The notes below the pieces were generated by a model. It ran no database searches, was not told the DNA's origin, and was given only the letters and a program-made list of their open reading frames with translations. From contig NC_042999.1 in NCBI RefSeq assembly GCF_006345805.1, forward strand, positions 40,424,001 to 40,488,000: a DNA stretch of 64,000 nt, written 5' to 3'. The position numbers and the translations under genes were made by a program. This DNA is from Octopus sinensis (taxonomy: Eukaryota). Positions 37,273-50,118 of this stretch are shown here, in pieces. How positions within the stretch are numbered: position 1 is the stretch's first letter; each line of letters opens with the position of its first letter.

Positions 37273-40200
37273 TCATAGAATCATAGTCAAGGTGGCTTCG
37301 TCATTCATACGTGCCATCTTGCTACATTCACCCATCTTTTTTAAAACATTCACTAGACAAAACTTGCCTCTCTACTCTCACTTTTTTCTTCAAGTGATAC
37401 TTGAAGAAGTTGATGAGAGATTGACCAAAGAGGAAAGTGTTTCTCTCCAATCCTTTCAGACGCGTCCACCAGATACATTCTTTCGCCATAGCCACAAGTA
37501 TGATAAAAATAGCTCTTCCTTCCCGTTTGAAGGAAGGAGGCGTGACGATATTAACGATAGACTCGGCTTATAAACCGACACGTCCCACACGTGACAGCAG
37601 TCGTCGACATAAGCCCACAGGTCGGAAATTGCTGGACACTGCACGAGTGCGTGCACAGCGGTTTCGTCGCTCTGCCCGCATCTCGGGCAGGTCGGCCCCG
37701 TGTTTCTCGAGCCATGCCTATAGAGCTTATCCCCAACGGGTAGCGCTTCTCGGTAGCACCGCCAGGCCAGGGATCTCTGGAAGTTGTCCATAGGTCCGCG
37801 GCGAAAGTCGTTTGAAACAGGCGGGTCAGGTATTCTCGTCGACGCCCAGGTTTGCCCCCGAGCTCGTCGTCGTACCTCCCCTCCACTAATCCCCTATAGA
37901 ATGCTTTGGTTGTGTTGAAGTCACTCAAGGTCGACCCGGGACGGCAGAGTTGCTTGAGAGCAACGCGACACTCGCGGTGCCATTCGCCTTCTTCGGCCTC
38001 TTTTTGATCCACGACTGTAGTTCGGTCATGGAGACGAGTTGCGGGAATGCGTGCCTCACAAACGGCGACCACACCTGTTCACCGTCGTCTACATAGAGCC
38101 GGAGATGTCGCAGTCTCAGCGCGTGTCTGCGCATCATCAACCACGGCATGCCCAGCCCTCCTTTTAACGGGTGTTGACAGCAAATGGATCGCCTGACCAT
38201 CGGGACGCATCCTTTCCACAAGAAGCGGAAGAGGATGCGTTCTAGTTTGGTGATGGTAGGGTCGGGACAAGGTACGACGGTCAGGCGGTAGTAGATGATG
38301 GACGCGATGTACGCGTTCACCACCTCCGCCCGACCTTTTAGGGACAGTTTCCTCTCCCTCTCGCCCATTGCTGGGCGAGAGTGACCACCCTACTCGTTAT
38401 CTCGTTCCAGTTCTTCTCCATTTGGAGGTCCGGACCGAACCAGACCCCGAGCAACTCAACCGGGCCGTCTGTCCAGCGTCCCACGACGGAGGTACTGGTG
38501 GACGGCATGGGTTTGCTTCTCCAGGTGCCGAGCCGCAAGCCCACTGACTTTTCCCGGTGATTTTTGCTCCTGTCACCGCTTCGTAGTCTTTCAGTGTCTC
38601 GCCGACCCGCTCGATGTGCTCGTGGCTTGACACTATGACGGTGACGTCGTCCGCGTATGCAGACACGCTCGTCCCGCATCCTAATTCTCGCGGGATGCCC
38701 CTCAGAGTCGCCAGCTTCCGCAGTAGTGGCTCAAGAGTCAATACGTATAGAAGCGCCGAGAGGGGGCATCCCTGACGGACCGAACGTGCAATGTCGAAGG
38801 GTCTCGATAGATGTCCATTTACGCGAATTACCGAACGGATGCCTCTGTACAAGGCAGCTATCCAGCCGCGGAAGACGGGACCGAAACCAGCCGCTCTCAG
38901 GACTGCCTCCAAGTATCGATGGTCTACCCTATCAAAGGCTTTCGATTGATCCAAGTTGATCAGGGCCCCACCCATGCCAGGTTCGTTAACTACCCTGTCT
39001 ATGATGTAGCGCATCAGATGGAGGTTGTCATGGATGCTCCGGCCCGGCACGGCGCACGTTTGTGCGTTGTCGACCAGTTTCTCCATGACAAGCGCCAACC
39101 TCTTGGCTAACACCTTTGTCAAAATTTTCAGGTCTGCATTGAGCAGAGTGATTGGCCTAAAGTTATCTATAATGTTTCCCTTGTTTGGATCTTTCTTCAG
39201 CAGAGTTACAGCTCCTCGACTCACAAAACCGGGTATGCTCCCGTTTTGCTGCCAGTTGCAGTATACCGCTGCCAAGACGTCTCCAAACAAGTCTGGCATA
39301 CAATAGTAAAATTCGTAGGGTAGACCATCCAAACCCGGTGATTTGTCCCTCGAGCATTCTGCCATCGCTTCCCGCACTTCCGCCGCCGTGATGGCACCTT
39401 CGCAGCACCCTGCCTTTCTTGTCGAGAGTCGTGGCAGGCTATGTAGGTAGGCACTGAAGTCTACCCTACGTTCTTGCCCTCCACTCGTCCCGAACAGTCG
39501 GGCAAAATGCTGCTGAAAGGCCTCACACATTTTACTTGGCTCGAGCAATTCGCGCCCCTGTTCATCTACCAGTGACCGAATGGTGGCTTTGTTGCCCTGT
39601 TGCGCCTCTGCCACCCGGGCCTCTCTCGCGGCTCCAACACCTTCGTTCCTTAGAGCACGCATCCTAGCTCTGACAGCACATCCTTCGTGTTTGGCGTTGA
39701 AGTGTTGGTCGAGGGCCAACCTCGCCGCCAAAACGTCGGATGCGATGCCGCTTCTAATTGCCTCTTCTAGCTTCTTAACTAGCTCACCCTCTACTCTATT
39801 TCTATCTATGGCTAGTGCTTTGCTGTACCTAATCGCTTCTGCTTTTACTGTTCTCTTTGAGGGCAAACCACCATTTGTTGTTGATGATGGCTCCCGTCAA
39901 AGCCCTCTTTACTAGTGTGCTAATCCGGTCTCTGAAAACTTGTCTGGACGGGAATGATGCGTTCAGTTTCCAGTACCCAGGACCCTGTCTATGTGCCTTA
40001 TCTAAGTCTAGCGTACACGTCACCAATTGTGATCCGTGTAGCTGACTGTGTGGAATTGTGGACATCCTAAGTTATCCTTGTCTACTGTCCTACACAGTAT
40101 CCTATCTAGATACGATCTCGACGACCCACTGCGGTTGCTCCATGTCCACGTTGGTGCATTTGGGTGGTCGAGTCGGTACCTGTCAGACAGTTGGAATCGT

Positions 40201-40707
40201 CTGAGCAGGTCTCTGAGGCATTTGCATCCCCTTCTGTTTCTGTCTCTACCCACGTAGTCTACATGCGTGTCCAAGGTAGCATTCCAATCCCCCACTAAGA
40301 GTAAAGGACGAGACGTTCCCAAGAATACTTTAGACGTCGAAAGAAATCCGCCCGACCTGTTAAGGGCGGTGCGTAGACTGATACGAGTCGAAAAGCGCAC
40401 CCATTGCTGCCGTCAACATCCAGAACGATCAGTCTACCCTCCGGGTCTACGAATATCGTCTTGACTTCGAGATCCAGGCTCTTGTGAAAAAGTACCGCGG
40501 TGCCACTACCGCCCATCCTCGGCAGACAGGGAGCGAATAAATGTTAAACTGTCCGCCAAACATGGACTTTAGGGCCCGTGGCTCGTGGAGTCTGGTCTCA
40601 CTTATGGCTATGATTCCCAAATCATGTGACTTGATGTCATTTAGGAGGTATCCTTGTTTCCAAGGAGACCCCAAGCCACGCGCATTCACACAACCAATCT
40701 TGACCAT
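37273..40707 (-). pseudogene. LINE ORF2: apurinic-like endonuclease plus reverse transcriptase, several frameshifts
   Basis: APE: MVKIGCVNARGL...ISETRL...VYAP...GDWNA...SYLDRI...YTDH. Linker: GPGYWKLN. RT: KSPGLDGLPYEFY...RPITLLNADLKILTK...LDQSKAFDRVDH...VRQGCPLSALLY...YADD. C-terminus: CPRCGQSDETAVHALVQCP, with the stop at 37273-37275. Confidence 0.92.
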
Positions 40708-40757
40708 GATTCTATTGGGGTGTGTGCTTTAAAACACACAAATGAAAGTACAGAGAG

Positions 40758-42900
40758 TTACTTACTTGTGTCGAAAGTTTTGGCTTCCTCGTTCTTTGAT
40801 GTGTCTTCGAGGAGGTTTCTATATAGTTTTTGGGACAGATATTTCTGGAAACCCCCTACAGCATTTGGGAGAGAGGGCTTTGAGTTGTGGTGTTGTGTTT
40901 GTGTGATGTGTAGTATTTTGATGTGTTTGGGTGGTGTAGTGCGTGGATGATTGCTATTTTTAAAGTCATCTTCACAAATGTTTGTGTATCCTGTGATGTA
41001 CTCCATTAGTTTGGAGTCTTTTGTGTCTATCGCTGATAGCATTGTTTTTGTGGTGTTGGTGCTTGTTTTGTTGTGTATGGAGTTTTCAGGGTTCAGGTAT
41101 CTCCCTGCTTTGTTGCGATTTCTTGTTTGGTTTTTCTTGATCTTTTTCTTTTACCCCCTGTGGCTATTTGCCATTCTGTCGAACTTTCATCGTTAGATGA
41201 AAAGTCTGACGAATCAGCAGGGGGCAAGGGTAAAGCGTCTGGGTGTGTTTGTGCGGTTGTAGATATTGTTGTGGTGCGCGGGGAGGGTGTTGCTGGGGGG
41301 TTTGTTGTGGTTATTGTCTCTCCTACATCCTTGGTGCTTGTCTTCTTCGTTGTTATTCTTGGTGTTGGAATTGGTTTATTTGTTGTTGGTGGTGATGATT
41401 CTGTTCTTGGCGCTGGTGTTGGTGTTGTTTGGTTGGTTTGTTTGTTCTTTGTTGTTTTTCCTGCATTTCCGCATACAGCTTCTTGACTAGCTGTCCATAT
41501 TGTGGTGTGGGCAATAATCCTGGCTTTTGTGATTTTCCTGTGGCTGTTGTTGTTGTTGTAATTTTGCGGCAGATTTGCACTCTTTTTGAGGTGTGCCTCA
41601 CTGCCACATGTATAGCATCGTGGCCTTCTGCCCTCGACTACTACGTATAACTTGCGGCCATCCTCAAGATGTACGTGGGTGGGGATTTTATTTATGTCCT
41701 CTTGACTTATGTGGAAGAGGAACTCTATTCTCTTTCCCAGCCAGTCCTTGTTTTCCGAAACACCGATATCTAGGATGTTTATGTCCTCCATTTCGGATGT
41801 TACGGCGGATGTAATCCACAGTGTTGTAGTCACTTGGGGGACACCACTGATAATGACTTTCGTCACCTTCTGGCCGAGGTAACTCGGTGTCACGTTAGTT
41901 CATCAGAATGAAGGGTTATCGTTGAGAATTTCTTCGCCAACTCTTCATTCTGAAAAACCACCTGTACGTGTGCGAACTTGTTCGCCCAAGTCACACAATC
42001 CTTGTATCCCCAGATGGGGCGTAAGCACTTTTCGACTTTGTCTGTGCTTGCCTTTTCTGGACTTTTTGTTTTTTTATTTGTGATTTTATATACAATTGTC
42101 TTTTTTTTCTCCTCATTCAGTATGTGCTGAGGTATGTGTAAGAGTATTTTTCCGTTTTGATTTGTAATAAGGTTTCTGCAATCTTTAATCTGTTGTGTAG
42201 TAACGAAACTTTTGTTACCTTTTCTTTTATCGCCTCGGCGAAGTTTGTTGTTGTTTTGTTTATGTTGTTACTGTTGGTGTTTGATGGCAGGGGGTGTGGG
42301 TTGTAGGTTTGTGGTTGCTGATTATGCAACTAGCAAGGGGTGGAAAATTGCCTGCGTAATTTAGTCCTGCATTAGCGCAAATTTCGGCATTTCGTTTGCT
42401 TGTCGTCGTTATTTTTTCACTTGTTGGTGATGGAGTGAGCAGTGGTTGAAGGGAATTGTTGTTGTCGTCGTCGTCGTTGTTGTTGTTGTTGTTGTTGTTG
42501 TTGTTATTGTCGTTCTTGGTGACGGCGGTGGTGTTAGTAGTATTAGTAGCATTGACGGCACGGTCTTTGGTGGCGTGATGGTGATGTGGTATTGTTTTTA
42601 TTGTGGCGACGTCTTTAGTAGGGATAGCAGTTTTAGTAGCAGATTCTGCCATGGTGTTGTTGTCGGTGTTGGTGGTGGTGGTGGACTCACTGATGGTGTT
42701 GACGGTGCTTGGCCTTGCGACCTTGTTTTGTATTTGTGTGCTGTTGTCGATGTTGATGGTGGCGGAGTTGTCAGGTTCAGCGTAAGGTAACAGAGCATCC
42801 TGTTTTTCTGCCTCTGCGTCACGGTTGACTTGCAACCTCAGCCTCGTGGTGACCAGTGGCCATTTTGGAAATAAAATGGCTAAATGAAACCCGAAGGCTA
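40758..42900 (-). pseudogene. LINE ORF1 remnant (Thr-rich regions, zinc knuckle)
   Basis: ORF 41093-41893 contains ISGVP...HLEDGRKLYVVVEGRRPRCYTCGSEAHLKK (CCHC-knuckle-like) and lies directly upstream of ORF2 on the same strand. Upstream pieces (42117-42329, 42260-43027) are low-complexity and frameshifted; the start is uncertain. Confidence 0.65.
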
Positions 42901-43088
42901 TGAGAATTTTTTCTTTTAAATTTTGCCCACAAGGGGCAAAATTTTGTGGAGTATATTTATCAAAGGTTACAGTGGATGTTGTTGTACAACTTTTAAAACA
43001 AAATATTTCACAATAAATAATTTTCAACGTACAAAATGACCAACTTACGTGGAGCCCATTTGACTAGCGTCCGTCCGTCCGTCCAGAT

Positions 43089-43151
<63 letters not shown>

Positions 43152-43589
43152 TTATACATATGCATATAAGGGTAGAGGACTTCACCAACAGTAAACAACA
43201 TGAAATACAAAAGCATGTGTTCAATACGCAAACAACGAGAGAAACAATGGAAAACAGGACAAGTAACACAAAGAACGACCCTTCAGCAGGTGTCTACTGT
43301 CTGTCTACTTCTCAGTTCGATCATTGAACGACAATATGAGAAGGCAGTTGTTCCTATAGGTACCAAAATAATTTTTTGGATTTATGGAGGGTCAAATTTG
43401 GGAAGAAAAACAGAACAGTGGAAACATACAAGGAAATCGAACAGAAACAAACATAGAGGATCTTTGGACCAGAACGAGGGTAAAATAGCGAACGCTGGAG
43501 AAATATTTCCTTTGACAAGACAAAAAGATAGAAGAGAGTGATAAGATAAGTCCAGTCCTTATGACAGTCCTGAAAGAAAAGAAAGACGA

Positions 43590-43790
43590 TTACGTGAGGA
43601 AAACAAAGATAGACGGGAAAAATATCAATTCTGTAGACGAGGTCAGAACAGTACTGCGAGAGTATTTTTCGTCACGGACAAGTGTTTTTTGGACGAGGGG
43701 CCTTGCAAGTCTACCAGATAGATGGAAGAGCATTGTAGAAAACGAAGGAGAGTATATTTCAGGTTATAATAAAAGAAGTATAAAAAAAAC
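43590..43790 (+). mobile_element. Mariner transposase C-terminal fragment
   Basis: IDGKNINSVDEVRTVLREYFSSRTSVFWTRGLASLPDRWKSIVENEGEY. Confidence 0.75.
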
Positions 43791-44019
43791 ATATTATTAT
43801 GGGATGACCTAATATATATTTATATATGTGTGTATGTCTGGGTTTGTGTTTGTGTATCTATGTGTATACATATATTTATTACTATATGTGCTCGTATTCT
43901 GTCTAAAAATGTGTTATTAGTGATATGTAGTGTTTGTGTATCAAAGGATCAGTGACTGTATTACTAAGAGAGAGAGAGAGAGAGAGAGAGAAATTCGAGA
44001 GAAAAAGATTTGTAGATAT

Positions 44020-44109
<90 letters not shown>

Positions 44110-44221
44110 TGATTGATAAAGACTGATAACATTCGTGAAAGAGAAAGTGATTGATTTTATATGTATCATGTTTACATCTAAGTGCATGAACATGTATGTG
44201 GTAATGTATGTGTGTGCATAT

Positions 44222-44259
<38 letters not shown>

Positions 44260-44741
44260 CGCATAGTCTGTCTGCATGCAGCGTATGTATCTTCACTTTA
44301 ATGTGTTCTATACAATTTGATACGCTGATGTGTATGTGAGTGTAGACCGCATTCTCGGTCCTCACATTGATTGATCTTCCTCCGTTAATTTGAAGATATA
44401 TTGATCACGATAACACTATCAATCGTTTATCAATGTTTAACACAGTCAATATTGAAAGGTCAATGTTAGTTGTTACCGATTTCGTTGCTTTATGGCTCCC
44501 CGAAGCATTTTTCTCTTTTGCGAAACTTCATCGTAACTGCAATCGTGAAACAATATCATAGCTTTCGCAATATCCATCGATCTTATAACCTATTTTCCTT
44601 CCTCGTCATCCAACCCCTTTATCTCTCCCACTTTACTATCTCATTTTCCGCGCTTCCTTTTTCTCTCCGTCTCTCTCTCCCTCCCTCTTCCTCTCTCGGT
44701 CTCTCCGAATATGTGTGCGTGAGTATATATATACATACATA

Positions 44742-44775
<34 letters not shown>

Positions 44776-44832
44776 TATATATCGTATATTAAACGCATAT
44801 ATATGTGTCTGTGTATACATAGATGTATATAT

Positions 44833-44882
<50 letters not shown>

Positions 44883-45149
44883 ATTATTAGAGACAAAACC
44901 ACTATTTTGCAAAACAAACAGGAAACTTAATCAATACATAAAATTTAATAAATAGTCAAAAAACCGCCACTACAATTGTTTCTTAATTAAATCTTTATCA
45001 CTAATATTATAAAATTTAATATTCCTATTATAACCTGCCCCTCTAAGGGCCTCATTATAATAATTAGCATGTTTATTAAAAATCTCTATATCATAAACTT
45101 AATGAGAACCTTAGATATATAAATGTTAATAGTAATCACCCATTTTCTA

Positions 45150-46330
45150 TTTAAAAATTCGTTGATTAATAATATAAGTAAACGTATTTCATTACTCTCT
45201 TATTATATAGAGATTTTTAATAAACATGCTAATTATTATAATGAGGCCCTTAGAGGGGCAGGTTATAATAGGAATATCAAATTTTATAATATTATTGATA
45301 AAGATTTATTGATAATTTTCGAGATACTTCTAATAATAATTATAATTTTGTTAGGTTTAGTGGTAAAACATAATAGATATTATAAAAAATAATAAAAATG
45401 ATAAAAATATAAATAATAATAATAATATATAATAATATAATAATAATAATAATATAAATAAGAATAATAAAATAAAAATAAATTTAATAATAATTATAAT
45501 AATTATATTGAGAAATTAATAATAATTAATAATTCCTTAAATGCTGTACATAGATATAATTTTGATAATAATTTTAATAAAATAAAGAATTATAATATAT
45601 TTATAATAATGATATAATAATAAGGTTATTAAGAATAAAATTTGGTTAATAGTTCCTTATGGAGATCAAGTAAAAACGAATATTATTAAAGAGATTTTAG
45701 ATGTTATAGAACTATTTATTAGAGTTAATCGTAAATATAGAAACATTTTCTCTTTTAATAATTTTGGAGTTGGTTATTCTACCACTAATAATGTGTTGTA
45801 ACATTATTTCTTCATTTAATAAATATAAACTGAATAATTTTTATAAAAAGAAATTATTTGATAATAATATTAATAATGATAAGACTTATATTAATTGTAC
45901 ATGTAGAGATAAATCTAATTGTATATTAAATAATAATTGTGATATTAACGAGTAGTGTATAAATGTATAGTTACATTACATGATAATAACTTTAAGAATA
46001 ATAATTACCCAAAAGCGGTTTATATAGGTTCTACTTCCTCAAAAATAAAACTAAGAATCGCACAACATATGAATTCTTTTAAAAATAAAAACTTAATCAA
46101 CTCAACTGGACTTAGTAAGTACATTTGGAGTCTTAAATCACTAATATTAATTATAGTTTAATTTGGGAAATAATTTGTAAAACTAAATCATATACTATAG
46201 GAGCTAATTGTTGTTATTTATGCTCTAATGAGTTTAAAGAAATTTTTTATTTATAAGTATGATAATTTACTTAATACTGGTGAAGAGCGCAAAATAAAAT
46301 GCAGACATAAGTTACTTTACCTATATAATA
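45150..46330 (+). pseudogene. PLE polyprotein C-terminal remnant: RT thumb, Cys linker, GIY-YIG endonuclease
   Basis: ISKRISLLSYYIEIFNKHANYYNEALRGAGY; IWLIVPY...VKTNI; CTCRDKSNCILNNNC; YKCIV...YIGSTSSKIKLRIAQHMNSF...NSTGLSKYIWSLK. Multiple stops and frameshifts. Confidence 0.85.
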
Positions 46331-49300
46331 AGTTTCATGATAAATAGCAATAATAGTTCCCTATTAGGTTAATAGTTAGTTTAGTTTAAATTAGTTTAGA
46401 TATATATTTTTGGTATGTAGTCTAGGCTTTAATTATAGTTAGTCTTTATTGATATTTCTTTGTTTTAATTAGTCCATTTTTAATGTATATTAATATAACA
46501 GTTTATGGTATGTTAAAACTTTAATAATTTATATTAGATTTTTTTTATTTTCTTTATTATATATTTTTTAATTTTTATTTTATTTTATTATGTATTTTTA
46601 TTATGCATTTGTTATATGTATTTTGGAGGATATATTATATGTTGATGGGTGTTATTTAGTGGTGTTTTTATTGAGTTTTGTATGTATGTGTGAATGTTTA
46701 CGATCCCTTTGTTTTTTTTTTTTTATTTGGTATGTTGAATTGACAGATTTTATTTGGGTATTGTCTGTTATAATAAAGTATACACACCCATAACAAATAT
46801 AAGTGCCCACTTCATTCGCGCGTACCTGGAATTGCATGTGAGCCTCAACATATACACCAAACGGCCACTCCCGCCCCATACGGACGAATAAACACATACA
46901 TCCCCAAAAAATGGGCGTAATCCCACTCACACCAATCATATGTATACAATTATACACACTAGAATAATACATAACTAACCCAAATATACAGAACATATTA
47001 AAAATCACCAACAAACCACCATCACAAATGAAACCTACACCCATACAATGACAAAACTCCCCCCTCCATACCCAATTTACACCCACATAGCAATCCCAAT
47101 ATATTCACATACATGGACGCACGTGCGTGAAGCACATGCACACAATAAATACGTACAACCCCCCAATACACACTCATATACATACGTATCAAGCTCGACA
47201 TCCACAGCAATACGCTTACACCCACTCACACCCAGATGGGTGAATTGCACAACCAGGAACGCACACACACACGTGTGCGTTTTTGGTTGTGCAACTCGCC
47301 CATATGCATGTATGCGGGCGCGATTACATTGTTGCACATATCGAGCCCAACTAGCATGCATATGTACATGTGAGGGGGTACACGTACATGCCGTGCGCGT
47401 GTACCCCCTGCATTTATACCCGTGCGTGAATATACACATGGAGACTACCACACAGGTACAAATGTGTATAGTAATGGGAGCCCCATCACTACACTCAATG
47501 TATAATCTCACCCATCCGCACGGATGTGATAGTGAATCTCCGGTGTATATGTTGAGGCTTATATGTAGCGCTGTGGAGGTGAACTTCGTTGAAATTGTGA
47601 ATGAATGGAGGAGTTGGGAATTGTAACCGGGTGGTGGGCTCGCGTTGCTTGGAATGGGAATGGAATAGTGTAGTAGTAAGGCAGGCATCGAGAATAGATT
47701 TGGGTTACTGCAAGTTGTTTGTTAGAGCTGCTAAGATGAGCTAAAGCTCATAATTGTATATAATAATTTATTATGGTAGTTTTATTAAAGAATCCATTCA
47801 TAATAATTTTTTTAAGTAGTGTTGGTTTGCCACGTGGATATAGTTTTTAGTTCCATTTATTCTATTTCTCCATTCATAATTTTAAATGACGTTTACTTTC
47901 CATGGCGCGTATTCTTTTTTACATAAGTTATATTTCTATGGTAACGTAATTTTGGTTTGATTTTTTTAACGGCTAAGAATTTAATTTCACTTCATAATTT
48001 GAAACTAACTTGTAAGTATGTATTTTATTTCTCCTTATGTCATATTGTTATTTTTGATATTCTGGTTAATTACGATGTATTTAATGTTGTTTTTTATTGG
48101 AGTGTTTATGTATATGAGATTGTGTGTGAGTTTTTAGTTGTATAATTTATTTATCTGTATGAGTGTGGGTGTGTAAATATTGTTGTATATATCGAGTTTA
48201 GTGAGTATGTATATGCGTATATGTGAGGGAGTATATGTATCTGTTGTGTGTGTGTGTTTGCGTGTGTGTGTGTTTGTGTGTGAATGTGTATATGGGTTGT
48301 TATTTAGGTTGGGGATGTATGTGTTAATTTGTCTGTGGGGGGGGGGAGTGGGTTTTTGGTGTATATTGAGGTTTATAAGTTAGTATAGGTATGTGTATAA
48401 GTCGTGGGTCTGTGGTTTACGTTTACGTGTGTTTTTTGTGTGTGAATGTTTAGGTTAGGGGGATTGCTATATAGGTTTGTTATAGAGTTTAGCAAAGGGA
48501 GATTTATCGTTATATGTTTTTAAGAGTTTGGGGTTATCATGGGTTTTTTTAGGGAATTCGTGGTAATTTGTCTATTTTCGATGTTGTTGTTTTATTACAT
48601 TGTTTCATTCATAATTTTGAGTGGTGTTCGTTTTGCCACGTGAATATTATTTTTAATTCCATTTATTCCATTTCTCCATTCATTATTTTAAAAGATGTTC
48701 GTTTCTAGAGCGGTTATACTTTTTATACATATGTTAAGTTCCTTGTGGTAAAGTAATTTTGTTTGGTGTATATGTTGAGGCGTATATGTACTGTGGGTGT
48801 GTGTGAGTGGGGTGGGTGTTTGTATGTTTTTGTTTGTTAGGGTGTGTGGTTTACGTGTGTGTATTTGTGTGTGAATGTATAGGTTAAAGGGATTGCTATA
48901 TAAGTATGTTATAGTGTTAGTAGTAAAGGGAGGTTTTATCATTTATGTTTTGTGAGTTTTAGCTTATCATGGTAGTTTATAAAGAATCCATCATAATTTT
49001 TGTGTTTATTGTCTGTGTGGGGTTGAGTGGGTTTTTGGAGTATATGTTGAGGTTTATATGTATGTATAGGTATGTGAGTGGTGTGGGTATTTGTATATGT
49101 CGTGGGTGTGTGGTTTACGTGTGTGTATTTGTATGTGAATGTTTAGGTTAGGTTAGGGGGATTGCTATATAGGTATGTTATAGAGTTAGTAAAGGGAGAT
49201 TTTATCATTATATGTTTTTATGAGTTGGTTTATCATGGTAGGTTTGTTAAGGAATTCGTAGTAATTGTGTCTATTTTCGATGTCTGTTGTTTATTGCATT

Positions 49301-49848
49301 GTTTCATTCAATTTTTAAGTAGTGTTCGTTTTACCAAGTGAATATAATTTTTAATTCCATTTATTCCATTTCTCCGTTCATAATTTTAAGTGATGTCCGT
49401 TTTTCTAGAGCGTGAATGTGGGTTGTATGTGTGTGTGTGTGTGTGTGGGAGTATGAATAAGTATTGTGTTGAAGTATTTAGCTATTTTATTTATTTATAG
49501 TTGCCTAGACGTTTTTATGTGTATGTATAGGGATATATATATAGGTGTGTGATTTAGTGTATGTAGTTAGATTGTTTATATAATTAGGTATATGTATGTA
49601 TGGGTGTATATATAGTTTATTATTATATTATTATATTTTTTTGTTTTGTTTTATATTTTATATTTTATATTTTATATTTTAATTTAATTGTTGATAGGTT
49701 ATTTTAGTTTATATATGTTTATATATTGATTATATATGGATTATATATAGGTTATATGGATTATATATTTATATTTTTTCATTCATACTTAATTATTTTA
49801 AAATTATTATTTTTATATTTTAAAATATTGATATTTTAGATTGGAAGT

Positions 49849-49891
49849 CCACCTGAAAATTGTCGATCAAGACAAGAAACAATTGTAGTGG
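49849..49891 (+). ncRNA. Minimal type I hammerhead with a G8-to-A change
   Basis: CCAC-CTGAAAA-TTGTC-gatcaa-GACAA-GAA-ACAATTGT-A-GTGG. Stems I and II are perfect, stem III is palindromic, the triplet is GUA, and the core differs from CUGAAGA at one position. Confidence 0.7.
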
Positions 49892-50066
49892 CGGTTGTTT
49901 TTTTGACTATTTATTAAAATTTTATGTATTGATTAAGTCTTTCCTTGTTTGTTTTGCAAAATAGTGGTTTTGTCTCTAATAATATTTATATAATATTTAC
50001 TATAAAATTGGATTTAATCCTAAATCTGATTTTTTCCCTGTAAATTTGGATTTATTCCCTAATATT

Positions 50067-50118
<52 letters not shown>

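Larger units (their letters stand above)
36838..43085 (-). mobile_element. Probably full-length L1/Tx1-clade LINE (~6.25 kb), frameshifted
   Basis: ORF1 remnants with a zinc knuckle and ORF2 with APE, RT and C-terminal Cys motif, then a T-rich 3' UTR and AATAAA (minus strand, 36843-36848). (GATA)n lies on both flanks. Confidence 0.88.
44884..50070 (+). mobile_element. Penelope-like element with inverted terminal segment, between (TA)n tracts
   Basis: Coding remnant at 45150-46330 and a hammerhead at 49849-49891. 44884-44984 is an inverted copy of 49874-49983; (TA)n lies on both sides. Confidence 0.8.

Noticed and set aside
42260-43027. Thr-rich mucin-like host gene
   Set aside because: It lies inside the LINE, upstream of the zinc-knuckle ORF on the same strand; better explained as a broken ORF1.
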